Below are positions 11,951 through 23,025 of a DNA stretch of 41,427 nt, piece by piece. Position 1 is the first letter of the stretch. Every line of letters starts with the position of its first letter. The notes beneath the pieces were generated by a model. That model searched no databases, was not told the origin of the DNA, and saw only the letters and a list, made by a program, of their open reading frames with translations. This DNA comes from Hyphochytrium catenoides (Eukaryota > Protista > Hyphochytriomycota). The position numbers and the translations under genes were made by a program. The stretch spans positions 1 to 41,427 of the forward strand of contig FLMG01000614.1 of assembly GCA_900088475.1 (NCBI GenBank), read 5' to 3'.

Positions 11951-12559
11951 AGAAGCAGTCCTGGCAATCTGGAGATCGGAGGAACCATGACACCGACATA
12001 CGAGGCGTAAATCGATAGAGAGAGAGAAGGGGTAAGGAGAGAGAGAGAGAGAGAGAGAGCCAAAGAGAGGATTTGGAAGAGAAGAGGAAGGGAAGGGATG
12101 GAAAAGAGAGAGAGAGAGAGAGAGAGTAGTGACCGTGGGAAGGCTGGCCGCCATTTGTGGTTTTGCTTCTGCTTCGCCGTAAGTTTGTTGCTGCAGCATC
12201 CACACAGATGACCTGAATGGTCTAAATAACATGAGAAGAGGCACAGACAAAGGCGAAAGAAAGTGGAGCAACATCATCAGACAAAGAGAGAGAGAAACGA
12301 AGAGGTGGAGAAAGAGAAGAAGATTTCTAGAGAGGCACACCCAAGAGAGACGACAAGATCATCACGGACGGGGCCGAGTTCATGCGCTGACGAGAAGAGA
12401 ACAAGAGACTCGCCAGGCTGCGACCTTTGGGCAAGCGTTAAATTTTTCTCCAACACATTTGTTATGCTGCAGCGATCCTTGTCGGTTCTCTTTCATCCCA
12501 CTCATCTTCGAGGTATCTTTTTATTATTTAACGTCCTACGCTAATCAATGAGAATTCGA

Positions 12560-12613
12560 AGAGAGAGAGAGAGAGAGGGGCAGAGAGAGCCAGAGAGAGA
12601 GAGAGAGAGAGAG

Positions 12614-12660
<47 letters not shown>
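12560..12660. repeat. (GA)n microsatellite
   Basis: Near-perfect GA dinucleotide run. Confidence 0.95.
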
Positions 12661-12662
<2 letters not shown>

Positions 12663-13161
12663 GAGTGAAACGGGGTGGTGGTGGTGGTGGTAATGGCACT
12701 ATGTCCTGGTTTTGGATGACTTTATGTCCACGTTGAAAGATGATACGTTGCGCAAATGAAAAGATGATCTTTCTTCTCTGTCAGACTTGACGAATAGACA
12801 GAAGATGCGAAAGGGAAGAGACAGGAGAGAAAGGAAAGGAAGAAGCTTTAAGTTGCTGCTCTGTTCTTCGGCTGCTGCAGGAAAAGTGTAGACGACGACG
12901 CGTGCATCTAATTTTTTTGAAAAGGGATCGATGGCTGTGTTAACTGATGGATTTCTTCCTAAGTTGGATGCAGAAGGAGAGAGAGGAGAGAGACCTAGGG
13001 AAGAAAAGAGGGAGAGAAGACAGAGGGAAAGAGGTAGCCAAGAGAGAGTGGCAGGGGAGAGAAGAGAGAGAGGCACAGAGAGAGAGAGAGAGAGAGAGAG
13101 GTGTCATTCAGAAATGGTAAAACTACAGCCGTATTTTTGAAAAGGAGACACACTATTAATT

Positions 13162-13746
13162 GTACTCATGAGAAGAGAGGACAGATTAGAGAGAAGAAAG
13201 GACACAGAGAGAGAGTGACAGAGATGATTTGGAGGCTCAACAGAGATGGAGGAGAGAATAGTGTACATCTGCAAGCAGGGAAAGAGAGAGAGGGAAGACA
13301 AGAGACAGAGAGAGAGAGAGAGACACAAAGAGAAAGAGAGTGGCGAGATGAGCATGCCAGAGAGTACTCATGAGAAGAGAGGACAGGTAGAGAGAAGAAG
13401 GACACAGAGAGAGAGTGACAGAGATGATTTGGAGGCTCAACAGAGATGGAGGAGAGAATAGTGTACATCTGCAAGCAGGGAAAGAGAGAGAGGGAAGACA
13501 AGAGAGAGAGAGAGAGAGAGAGAGACACAAAGAGAAAGAGAGTGGCGAGATGAGCATGCCAGAGAGTACTCATGAGAAGAGAGGACAGGTTAGAGAGAAG
13601 AAGGACACAGAGAGAGGGTGACAGAGATGATTTGGAGGCTCAACAGAGATGGAGGAGAGAATAGTGTACATCTGAAGAGGGAATGAGAGAGAGGGAAGAC
13701 AAGAGAGAGAGAGAGAGAGAGACACACACAAAGAGAAGAGAGTGGC
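13162..13746. repeat. Tandem repeat, 202-bp unit, about 2.9 copies
   Basis: gtactcatgagaagagaggacag starts at 13162, 13364 and 13566. Units are nearly identical and each carries a (GA)n run. Confidence 0.95.
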
Positions 13747-14212
13747 AGAGGAAAGTCCCGTCAACCTTCAACAGAATCGTGCGAAGAAACGAAAGCCGAA
13801 AGAAACAAACAATCGTCTGTTGATGCTTTCAAGATTCTTTGACAGCTAACATGGCGAAATATTCAAGCAACGTTTCATCTGTCCTTAACGAAATATAAAA
13901 AGCCGTTTCAATAATAATTCTCAGAATTCGTGTGGTTGGACAAATAGTCTCTTCATGTGAATATCTTACCCGTGACGCGTCACCGTACGAGGCCATGACA
14001 TCAAGCCTTAGATCATCGGTAGAATATCCAGGAACCATCCGTGATGCATTACCGAGGGTAAATCAGTGATCCATCACTGGGCCACGGAAGAAGAAGTACT
14101 TGTAACCCTTTTGCAAGAGTCTAGAAAGAGACCAAGACAATTATGGTCGGTGACGTATCAACTCTGTTCCCACCACAGCATCACTTCAGTACTGAAATAA
14201 AAAAAAAAAAGG

Positions 14213-14253
<41 letters not shown>

Positions 14254-14549
14254 CACCCACTCTCTCTCTGCTTTCTCTCTTCCTCCATCTCTCTCCCTCT
14301 CTGTCGCTCTCTCTCACACTCTTATCGCTCTCGCTTCCTCTCATTCCTTCGCTCTTTCCTTAGTCTTGATCCCCTCCTCCTGTCCTTGAGCCTTCTCAGG
14401 GTCATCAGTCACAAAGAGATCTCACGACCCTGCTGGTTGGGCTGGAGAAGAGCGTGCATGGCTCACACCAAACTATCAGATGACGAAGAAGCACAAATTT
14501 TCTTCGAAACGCATCTTCCCACCCTTCGTCCCTCCTCTTCCCCCTATTT

Positions 14550-14583
<34 letters not shown>

Positions 14584-15109
14584 CTCCTCCTTCTTCTTCT
14601 TGTCATATTTGATGCGCATCAAGTCCTAAAAGATATCGTCTGTCTCTGGTGAAGGTAGGACGCTATCTATCTATCAGTGATAGTAGGAGAGCGGCAGGAG
14701 GTGAGCAAGAGAGGAGCAAGAGAGGAGGAGCAAGAGAGAGAAAGAGAGGAAGAAGAGACAACCACTAAGCGATATCAGGGACACGAGGAGGAAGAGAGAG
14801 ACAGAGTAGCAACGGTGCCTACCAATCCATAGGGGCTGCTGGAGCGGCTGCTGGTGTATCAGAGCCAGAGTTGATATTCATTCCTTTCCGCAGAGAAAAG
14901 AAGAGAAGCCACTGTCAGGAAAGAGAACAGCCAAGAAAGCTACAGAAGAAGTGTCGGAAGTGCGTCTTATTCCTCCTGCAAAAATTTTTCCTCACCAGAA
15001 GGAGAGAGGAAGGGCAATAAAGCGAACAGAGACAAAAAGAGAGAAGAGAGAGAGGAGAAAAGAGAGAGAGAGAGAGAGAGTAAGAGAGAAAAGACAGTGG
15101 TAAGCAGTT

Positions 15110-15396
15110 GAGCTCGAAGAGTGGTAGACAACAGAAGAAGGGACCTTGAAGAGAGTAGAGCAGGGCGCATCAAAAGCCGCACATGAAAAAGACTTGAGAA
15201 GAAGATATCTGTTACTCATCTCTCCCGTTCTCTCTCCCCTTTCTCCTGCTCACTGGCCACATTTCCCTTCTTTTGCTACCTGTGTCCTTTTGGCCTTGAA
15301 CCTGATCACTCAGTCGCTTTCTCTGTCCTTCTTCGCTTTCCTCTTTCACTCTGTTCGCCTCTCATGCTAGACTCTGCAATCAAAGGGTGCCCTTTT
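15110..15396. repeat. Diverged dispersed repeat, copy 1 (copy 2 at 29251-29476)
   Basis: Collinear shared blocks: gagctcgaa, gcgcatcaaaagc.gcac, ga.ttgag.agaagat, tctgttactc and ctctcat.ctagactctgcaa. Confidence 0.65.
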
Positions 15397-15871
15397 GGAC
15401 CCTTTTTGTCCTCTCTTTCTCTCCCAGCGTCTATCTCTCTTTTACTTTCTTTCTCTCTCTCCCGAGAGTTGGATTTATGTTGTTTGCTGAACATCCCTGT
15501 GCGCTCTTACGATTGATCATGGTGTCGTCTTGTCTCTTCTCTCTCTCTATGTGTGTCTCTCTCGCTCTCTCTCTGTGCCTTTTCTTCTCTTGGTGCCTCT
15601 CTTTCTCTTTGTGCCTTTCTCTCTCTCTCTCTCTTCTCTCTCTTCCTTGCTTCCTTAGGGTTATCGTGGGTCGATTGGCAGCAGTACGGGAGTAGAAAAG
15701 GTGAACAGAGAGAAGTAGCAGGAAGCGAGCGAGCGCCGAGAGAAGTATGGGGAGGAATGGAGGCCATCCCAACAAAGTGCTGCCAGGCTTTCAAGAAGGG
15801 AGAGGAGCTTGTGTAAGACATTGCACCGACAGAGACCTGAAAGCCAGACATAGAAAAGTGACCGTGAGTAG

Positions 15872-15909
<38 letters not shown>

Positions 15910-16152
15910 AAGAGAAAGAGAGAGAGAGAGAAACTGGAAAGCCTTTGTAGCTGGTGAAGAGAAGAGAAAAGAGAGACATGTCCCTCTTGTCTTCCTGCCT
16001 CTGTCTTTCCAACTTATTTTTTTTCTTGCGTCCACTGATTTCAGGATAAGTGATACTTTTTGCCTGTCTCTCTCCCCTTTCTCTTTCCCCCAGCCCCCCT
16101 CTCTCTCTCTTTCTCCCTCCCTCTCTCTCTCCCTCTCTCTCTCTCTTTTCTC

Positions 16153-16196
<44 letters not shown>

Positions 16197-16249
16197 TTTC
16201 TCTCTTCTCTCTCTCTCTCTCTCTGTGAAAAAGTCCCGGGTTCAGCCGC

Positions 16250-16307
16250 GTCTGTGACACGGGATCAAATCTACAGACTGATTTCTGGAGCCGCAATAGG
16301 CTCCAGA
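16250..16307 (-). mobile_element. LTR-end-like segment, family B, copy 1
   Basis: About 57 bp similar to 18014-18072. The + strand reads TGTGACAC from 16253, which is a ...GTGTCACA LTR-type end on the minus strand. It contains a perfect 9-bp hairpin tctggagcc/ggctccaga. Confidence 0.5.
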
Positions 16308-16929
16308 TATCTGCCGACAGATGATACCGATAACGAATCTGCTAAGAGAACTAACAATCTGAGCTGGCAGCGCGACAGTCAGAAGAGCGTCCGTCCAGTT
16401 TCAAACGCAGTATGTCTAGCGAGCGGCGGTCTTCTAGCAGGAACCACCGTGTTTAGCGCTACTAAGAAAGAAGTCCTGCTGACTGCAGACTGCCACTTCC
16501 TGCTTGTTATTCCTGTCTCCTTTACACTTCTCCTATAGAACTACTGCACCGTAGTTCTCTTTCCTCCCTCTCTCCTCTCTGCGTCTTCTCTTGACGCTCT
16601 TGACTATAGCCCTACATCTTCACATGCACTGCTCTTCTACTTCTTAATCGGCCCTATCACTCCGCTGTCCTCCACAACTGGAGACCGCTTTTTCTTTTCG
16701 ACCATCACTCTTTGGTCCCCTAGCTGACCTCTCCTCTCTAATTCTTCTTCCTTAGCTTCAGACAGGTCCCAGTCCGTGGCTGGCTCTCGATGAAGCTCTG
16801 CGAGGCGAGGCTCCAAGAAGCATCTCCGATAAGCATGAGAAAAACTCCACCTGACTGAGAAGGGCCCATTGAAAAAGGTCCTTCTTGTGACCCTTGTCTT
16901 CTTCGTCGCCCTCTTTGTCAGCCTTTGAT

Positions 16930-17707
16930 CAGTTTACGGCGACCTCTTTGCTCTCCCGATGGCTCCGGAGGTGTAGAAGGAACAGTTACGAGCGTGGTAG
17001 TAGTGCCCGTAAACAGGGCAGCAGATAGCACTGAAGCTTGCTTATGTCCTTACCATTTTGCACGATTTCCTGTCCCCATTCAGTCTCAGTCCTTCACTGA
17101 GGCCGGACGATTGGTGCGGACATGACATAACCTCTCCAGTCTCAGTCCTTCGATATACTCGTAGACACGAGCAGCTTCATCATCTCGTCGGTCGCTAATG
17201 TTCCGATCTGAGCTGTATAACGGTGCAATGGCATTCTTAAGTCCTCGCCCTGCATTACGTCCAGCCTGATCCCGACATTGCGGGCTCGTAGTAGTCACCT
17301 CCGAGAACTTCTCGCAAGACGAGACTCTCTAATCCTGCCCAAGTCGTACTTGGCTCTCTCCTTTGAGCAGAGCAGTGATGTCCTGTCTTTTACAAAGACG
17401 TCGACCACGGCTTGATTCGTTGGGATCTAGGATATAACCGAGCTTCATCGTTGGTAGCTTCCACTTTCTTACATTCATACTGGTGTCCGGGCTGTTCCCA
17501 CTCAAGCCTGGGCTCTGATCTTTTCCAATAACTTACCATGGGGACCCGTACGTTTATGTACTGACAACCATGGGCGCTTCGGTTGTTTGTTGAGAGACTT
17601 GAGCGCCGCCTCGACTGGGTCGTCCTCCCTTGACCTTTGTTGAGCGTCCCGAGAGTCATCTTCATCATCTCTTCAGGTTGTCTCTTCTGCGTCTCCCTTA
17701 CAGCCAT
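16930..17707 (-). pseudogene. Degenerate Ty3/Gypsy-type gag
   Basis: Fragment DEAARVYEYIEGLRLERLCHVRTNRPASVKD resembles the capsid C-terminal motif. A frameshifted zinc knuckle DISKLQCY-CCPVYGHYYHARNC lies at about 16982-17048. There are several stops and frameshifts, and it sits downstream of the LTR-like end at 18017. Confidence 0.7.
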
Positions 17708-18013
17708 GGCTCAAGACATCGCTCCTTGATCTTCCTCCTTCCAGTAGCTCGTTCTCGGAAGAACAGAGAGAGCTGACGATAACTTCCTTCGTTGACAGTT
17801 CATTGGCTGACGTCGGGCTACAAAGTACGAACGGCCACCCAGAACTCTCTCAGGATAAGGAATAGAAAAGAGCACAAAAGCAAGTGGTCACTAATAGACA
17901 CTTCAAGGGTAGGTCGTTACCCAACCACCGCCATCACTTCAAGCGCGATGCAAACCCATTGACCACGTCCTCTCGACTCCAAGACCGCCAGGTAACAATG
18001 CCAGGAGTCACGA

Positions 18014-18072
18014 GTCTGTGCCACGGATGAAATCTGCAGACTGACTGATTTCTGAAGCCACAATAAGCTCCA
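18014..18072 (-). mobile_element. LTR-end-like segment, family B, copy 2 (5' LTR/leader junction of the gag relic)
   Basis: Similar to 16250-16307. It ends ...GTGGCACA on the minus strand, about 310 nt upstream of the gag ATG. Confidence 0.55.
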
Positions 18073-18099
18073 CAGTTCTGAGCAAACAACCGGTTACTA

Positions 18100-18252
18100 T
18101 TACATTAAGGTACGGGTCCCGACGGTATTTCTGTTAGAAAGGATCCGAACTTCCCAAACCTCACTTCGTGGGAACAACCCGGAGTACCATATGATCTAAG
18201 AGACTGGTTGTTGCAAGAGGAAGTACTGGCTTGCTTTGAGAAGTGGAAGCAG
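18100..18252 (+). pseudogene. Degenerate chromodomain plus purine-rich tract (3' end of a chromovirus-like element)
   Basis: Frameshifted RRYF..KG, then LTSWEQ...DL...EEVLACFEK, resembling the chromodomain YLVKWKG...TWE motif. GAGAAGTGGAAGCAG directly abuts the LTR start TG. Confidence 0.45.
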
Positions 18253-18736
18253 TGTTATATGTATATCTTCTCTGACAACTGCTAACCACCTGATTGCGCA
18301 CTGGACACGGATTGACCGGTGTATGGGATGTGACCTCTCCTCTTTGAGAGTGCTCTCAGGGCGGGTAGTCCTGACTAGAGTCGGCAACGAATGGCTCTGA
18401 CGAAGGATGCTCTCTTCCCTTTCCTTTTCTTCCCTCTTTCTCTTTGCATGTTATTAGAATAGCCTGTTGACACTACTTCTCCTGCATGTTACTCCTTTAT
18501 CTTTGCATTCTCAGGTAGACTGACTCTCTCGCAAGGGAGACTCCCTCTTACCCGCTAGATCTCAGTTAATAAACTTCTTTCTGAAGTAGAAGACCCTTTG
18601 CTACTTGCGGTGTTCCCGCGAAGTCTTCCTCTGCGTGGTGCTTGTCTGAATCGGGGCCTGGCCAGCCAAGGTACAGACAGAGCACCTTCTTCTCTCTCTC
18701 ACTGTCGCGAGACCTGCAGCAGTCTCTCATATTACA
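18253..18736 (+). mobile_element. LTR, family A, copy 1 (484 bp), probably a 3' LTR
   Basis: TGTTATA...TATTACA termini and AATAAA near 18568. About 8 differences from copy 2 in the first ~165 bp. Flanks AGCAG and GCCCT do not match, so it is not a solo LTR. Confidence 0.88.
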
Positions 18737-20363
18737 GCCCTCCCTTAACGCATCTCCTCAGGGAAAGAAGAGGCGATCTTGGTCGCTTATTTATGCGCTC
18801 TCTTTTCCGCTCGCTCTAATGTTCCCGCAGGCTTCCTTCGCCAGTCCGGCTCTTTGACGACAGTGCTGGCCAACAAGGGCCTTAGCATACACACCAGCCT
18901 ATGAGTATGTCCACTTGGTGCCTCGGTTCTCTGTCTACTCGTTCTGGAGAAAGACGCCACGCACATCGAGGAGGGCCGAGCGATGTGCCAAGCTCCACTG
19001 CAAGTCTGTGACCCTCTCCCCGCGACTCCGCTATACTTCGCTTATCCGCGAGAGGCGTGGATCAGACCCTGAAGGTGGCTCTTCCCGGTATAGTACAGAA
19101 AATGATGGATAACCGAAACCTGGTGGGCCTTGGACAGTGGCTTCCAGGCAATCCACCAATACTCTTTTCTCCGATGTTAGGTGCGCTCAGGCGGGGGCAC
19201 CCATCTCTGCTCAGGCCACTGAAGCTCTGCGCCCAGGAAGACAAGCCCCAGAACTCTTCATTTCTCTATCACCTCGGGCTCTTTTCCTGCAGCGATCTGC
19301 AGCGATGAGGCGGGAGAAAATCTCCGGCGATCGCGGTGCTAGACGGAACTATGGGCAATGGGCGCTCCAGCCCAATGCTAATGAGGTCAGGAGCCTTAGA
19401 GGCGGACCGCTTCCCATCACACCAGCGTCTTCTCTGTGCCGTAAACAGGTTGTAGCTTTTGACGTCGCTGGCTCTGAGGACAACCACTGCAACTCTTCTC
19501 CTATGGCAGCTCATCGATTGCCACCGCTCGTATGGCCCTCTCACCCGCGCTTCTACTCTCTTCCTAAGCGGCGGTGGTACCATAAAGGCTCATCATCTCC
19601 GCCGCGGTGGGCCGCAGAAGTGCCTGGCCGCCAAGCTCCTTCAGTACTAAAGCTTTCAGGACGACTCCTCCGCTCCTTCCACTTAATAACCTCTCAGCCT
19701 CTCTCACTATGTCCATTTGCCCTCCCAGCTCCTGTCTCTCCCTGCTCCTGCTCCTGCACCTCCTGTTATATTTGCTGAGACCTCACCACACTCCTCTACT
19801 GGTCCTCACACGGCTGCCACCTCTAAATGTCCTCTGCTATTCTCCCCCAGTCAAAGCCTACCAAACCCTCTCATTCCAGCGGTTGACCACGCTCCTCCCA
19901 TACAATACTGCCGCCTGTTCTTGTCCTCCTCTGCCGTACTTCAGACTCTCTTCCCTCGCTCCCCTCCTTCTATCAGCAGGTTGCTCTCCACATCATATAG
20001 GCCATGTTCTCACCACCAGCTGTTGGCCCTGTATATGCCGCCTCTGTCTATGTCCTTATGGACACCTGCATCAGCTATAATCCTCTGTCTGCATTGTCCT
20101 TCTTTTCCTCTTCTTCGAGGCAGTACAGCGTAGGATTCCCCTCCCATACTAGGTGGCAAGAACAGACAATATTACTCTTATAGCGGCTGGAGCAGATTGA
20201 CTACCTTTCTCTCTGGACTGCGCCACTCATAACTCGGTCCCAGCCCGCCCCAGCCACTCCTTTAAGCCTTGGGACGAATCGTGGAGCTCCCGCCACTCTG
20301 TCTCCGACTAACCTACGTTATTCTAAAGATGGGCACGCCCTGACCTTCCGGGAATTGTGTCCG

Positions 20364-20841
20364 TGTTATACGTATATCTTCTCTGACGACTGCCAACCAC
20401 CTGATTGCGTCCTGGACACGGATTGACCGGTGTATGGGATGTGGCTTCTCCTCTATGAGAGTGCTCTCAGGGCGGGTAGTCCTGACTAGAGTCGGCAACG
20501 AATGGCTCTGACGAAGGATGCTCTCTTCCTTTTCCTTCTCTTCTCTCTTTCTCTTTGCATGTTTCTAAGATAGCCTCTTGATTCACCTCTCTTGCATGTT
20601 ACGACTTCTATCTATCTTTGCATTCTCAGGTAGACTGACTCTCTCGCAAGGGAGACTCCCCCTTACCCTCTAGATCTCAGTTAATAAACTTCTCTCTGAA
20701 GAAGAAGTCGTTGTTCTTGCGTAACCTCGGGAAGTCTTCCTCTGCGTGGTGCTTGTCCGAACTGAGGCCTGGCCAGCCAAGGTACAGACCAAGCACCTTC
20801 TCACCCTGTTCAAGACTCATACTTGGTCTTCTTATATTACA
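20364..20841 (+). mobile_element. Solo LTR, family A, copy 2 (478 bp) with 5-bp TSD GTCCG
   Basis: TGTTATA...TATTACA termini, with GTCCG at both 20359-20363 and 20842-20846. Homologous to 18253-18736. Confidence 0.92.
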
Positions 20842-20937
20842 GTCCGCCTCCTGTCACTTCTGCAGATTGATGACTGCGATCCAAACGCCCCCAATCTTCG
20901 TACCCCTCTCGTAACCCCAGCTCCTTATTCTCCTAGC

Positions 20938-20968
<31 letters not shown>

Positions 20969-20979
20969 CTCCCTCTCTC

Positions 20980-21073
20980 TTAATCTGTAGTGCAACAGGG
21001 CGCTAGCTCCTTTCGCGCTGATTCTGTTGGGGGAACCCCTCTCTCTCTCTCTCTGTCTCTCTGTCTCTCTCTC

Positions 21074-21117
<44 letters not shown>

Positions 21118-21189
21118 TCTGTCTCTCTCTCTCTCCCCCCTGTCTTAATCTGTAGTGCAACGGGGCGCTAGCTCCTTTCGCGCTGATTC
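20980..21189. repeat. 45-bp direct duplication flanking a (CT)n/(CTGT)n block
   Basis: ttaatctgtagtgcaac(a/g)gggcgctagctcctttcgcgctgattc at 20980-21024 and 21145-21189, one mismatch. Confidence 0.9.
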
Positions 21190-22984
21190 CCTCCAGGCTC
21201 TGACCTCAACACCTCATAAGGATCTCCTCAGTTGCCTCTCTGCTAAAGTCAAGAAAGCTTTTCCTGCCCAGTATCGTTGCCTTCAATTGACTTTTCTATG
21301 GTTCTCCCCTTCTTCCTCGTCGACGCCTATCTCTATTATGGGTCACAGAAGAAGATGGAGGAGACAACGGGACGGCCTTTCGCTATAGTAGGAGAGACCC
21401 TACGTCGTGCCCTCCCAACGCCGCTGTAATCTCCTTGTCAAGGACGATGCCGCTGCATTGCTTTTCTCCGCTTCAAGTGGCGTCGCTGTGAGATCCAGGT
21501 ACTGAAGGTACAGTCGCCCGCCCGCTGTAGATATGATATGACCTTGTGATGCTCGAAGTTGATCCTTTGTATGCCTTCCACGGCATCGATAGATTCTCTC
21601 TCATGATTAGTTGCGTCTCGTCTCGCTTCTGCTTCTTTGGTCCACCTTCTGCTCCCGTGCTTCTTCTCACCTCTTCCATCGAGAGCAACCTGCTGTCTAG
21701 TGCAGCCGTTGTTTTAACCGGGAGACCATCGCAGACCTCTTCCTCTTTTTCTTGCCCTTCACCCGCTAGGTCTACAACCACCAGGCGGCAAGGGACAGCA
21801 GGTCTCCTGTTTCTTGGACGATGGCACCCTAGTGGATCATCAAACCTCGGCTACCGGCAAGCCCTGGCATGTATTTCTTAGTTCTCCTCTACCTTCAGTG
21901 GTGCTTCTCAGACTTTCGCAAGTGTGAGCTGTGATGGCTTTCCTGCGTTCCCTTGTTCCCCTGCTGAGAATAGTTGGCTTGATAACATAGGGATGGAGAT
22001 CACTCCTATAGGTGGCTCTCATAGATTATATCTCCTCGTCGTTCTGTCCAGCCCTTCTTTCCGCGCGTCTGTGCTGTTTGACGACAAGCTTACTCTTCAA
22101 TGTTGATGGTCTTCATATTAGGTGGGCCATCTCCTGTGGCCGCGTGGGTTTTGCCCCTCCGAGGGACAAAAGGATTGTTTTATGCACTCGCTTAGGCTTT
22201 TCTTCTACTTCTATCTTTACGGATTCTGCTGCCTTGACCCACGCCTCCCTCTCCATTCGTCTTGGAGGTCTCGGGCCTGTGTCTGCTGTCTCTGTGTCCC
22301 GCCTGGCCCACGTGAGTTCTTTAGCTCCTCCCCTATATAAGGCTTAACTTCGCAGATGGATTTGGCGCCCACCTTATTTCTGTGGGCGAGTGACCATCTG
22401 GAGTCTCTTTACGACTCTCTGGCGCTCCCTGAGGAATTCAGACATAAGTGCCATCTTCTCTCACTGAGTGGATGTAGAAGACCACCTACAGCGCTCACTC
22501 AGCTCTTCTGCAGCTTGAAAGCGAGGGCCTAATCTTCTCCTTGCGACAGCTACACGTGACATGTCTGTTCACGAAATAATTGACTGTTCTGCAGCCTGCA
22601 TAGGTCTAGTGAACTGTACCTCCCCAGTCTGTCGCCGCTGTCTCCAGGTTCTGAGCAGATGCCGCCCGCGTTCCCTCTCTCTCACTGCGTTACTCTGGTG
22701 CTTTTCTATCAGCTCCTCTTCGTAGTGCTTTCTTCTACCGTCCGATGTCCTGTTCCGGGGTATCTTGAGAGACATTAGCTGGGCTTGCCCATTGTGCAAT
22801 CCCTTCCGTCTTTGCCCTCAGTGCGAGAAGATTGAGGCCGACGTCTTTGGTCAGCCCATGATGATCTGCAAAAGCGGACGTCTTGGCGCTACTCGCAGAG
22901 ATTATTAAATCGCTCGCGACCTGCTGCTCTAGCAGTGCTGCAAGGGACGCCTCCTTCAAACAAATGCGGCAAGGAACCTCTTCA

Positions 22985-23025
<41 letters not shown>

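Larger units (their letters stand above)
18830..22430 (+). mobile_element. Decayed CRE-like non-LTR retrotransposon (reverse transcriptase pseudogene), interrupted by a solo LTR and (CT)n
   Basis: RT motifs occur in the correct order across frameshifts: [25 protein letters not shown] (21373), GVAV..GTEG, LEVD..AFHGIDR, GD...PL.LFLALHPL, FLDDGTLV (21811), DFRKCEL, TPIGG and ASLSIRLGGLG (22264). A weaker C2H2-like relic (FASPAL...NKGLSIH) lies near 18835-18900. The RT core is well supported, but the 5' extent is uncertain. Confidence 0.8.

Noticed and set aside
13162-13746. CRISPR-like interpretation of the tandem units
   Set aside because: There are no unique spacers, whole units are duplicated, and the context is eukaryotic with no cas genes.
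13750-14130. Minus-strand frame interrupted only by TGA codons, hinting at recoding
   Set aside because: Short, with no recognisable homology, and bounded by TAA. One supported gene model ends in TGA. A pseudogene or chance is more likely.
16250-16320. Possible hammerhead ribozyme (stem followed by GAAA on the minus strand)
   Set aside because: The CUGANGA core is missing in both copies.
18737-19583. Minus-strand PPT (AAGGGAGGGC) and integrase-like RVRGPYE motif implying minus orientation for LTR A
   Set aside because: Plus orientation is better supported by AATAAA, the upstream purine tract and the chromodomain relic, and no other integrase motifs were found. Not fully excluded.
18253-20841. 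Reading the two family A LTRs as the ends of one intact element
   Set aside because: Copy 2 has its own GTCCG duplication on both sides, the outer flanks do not match, and the interval looks like non-LTR sequence.
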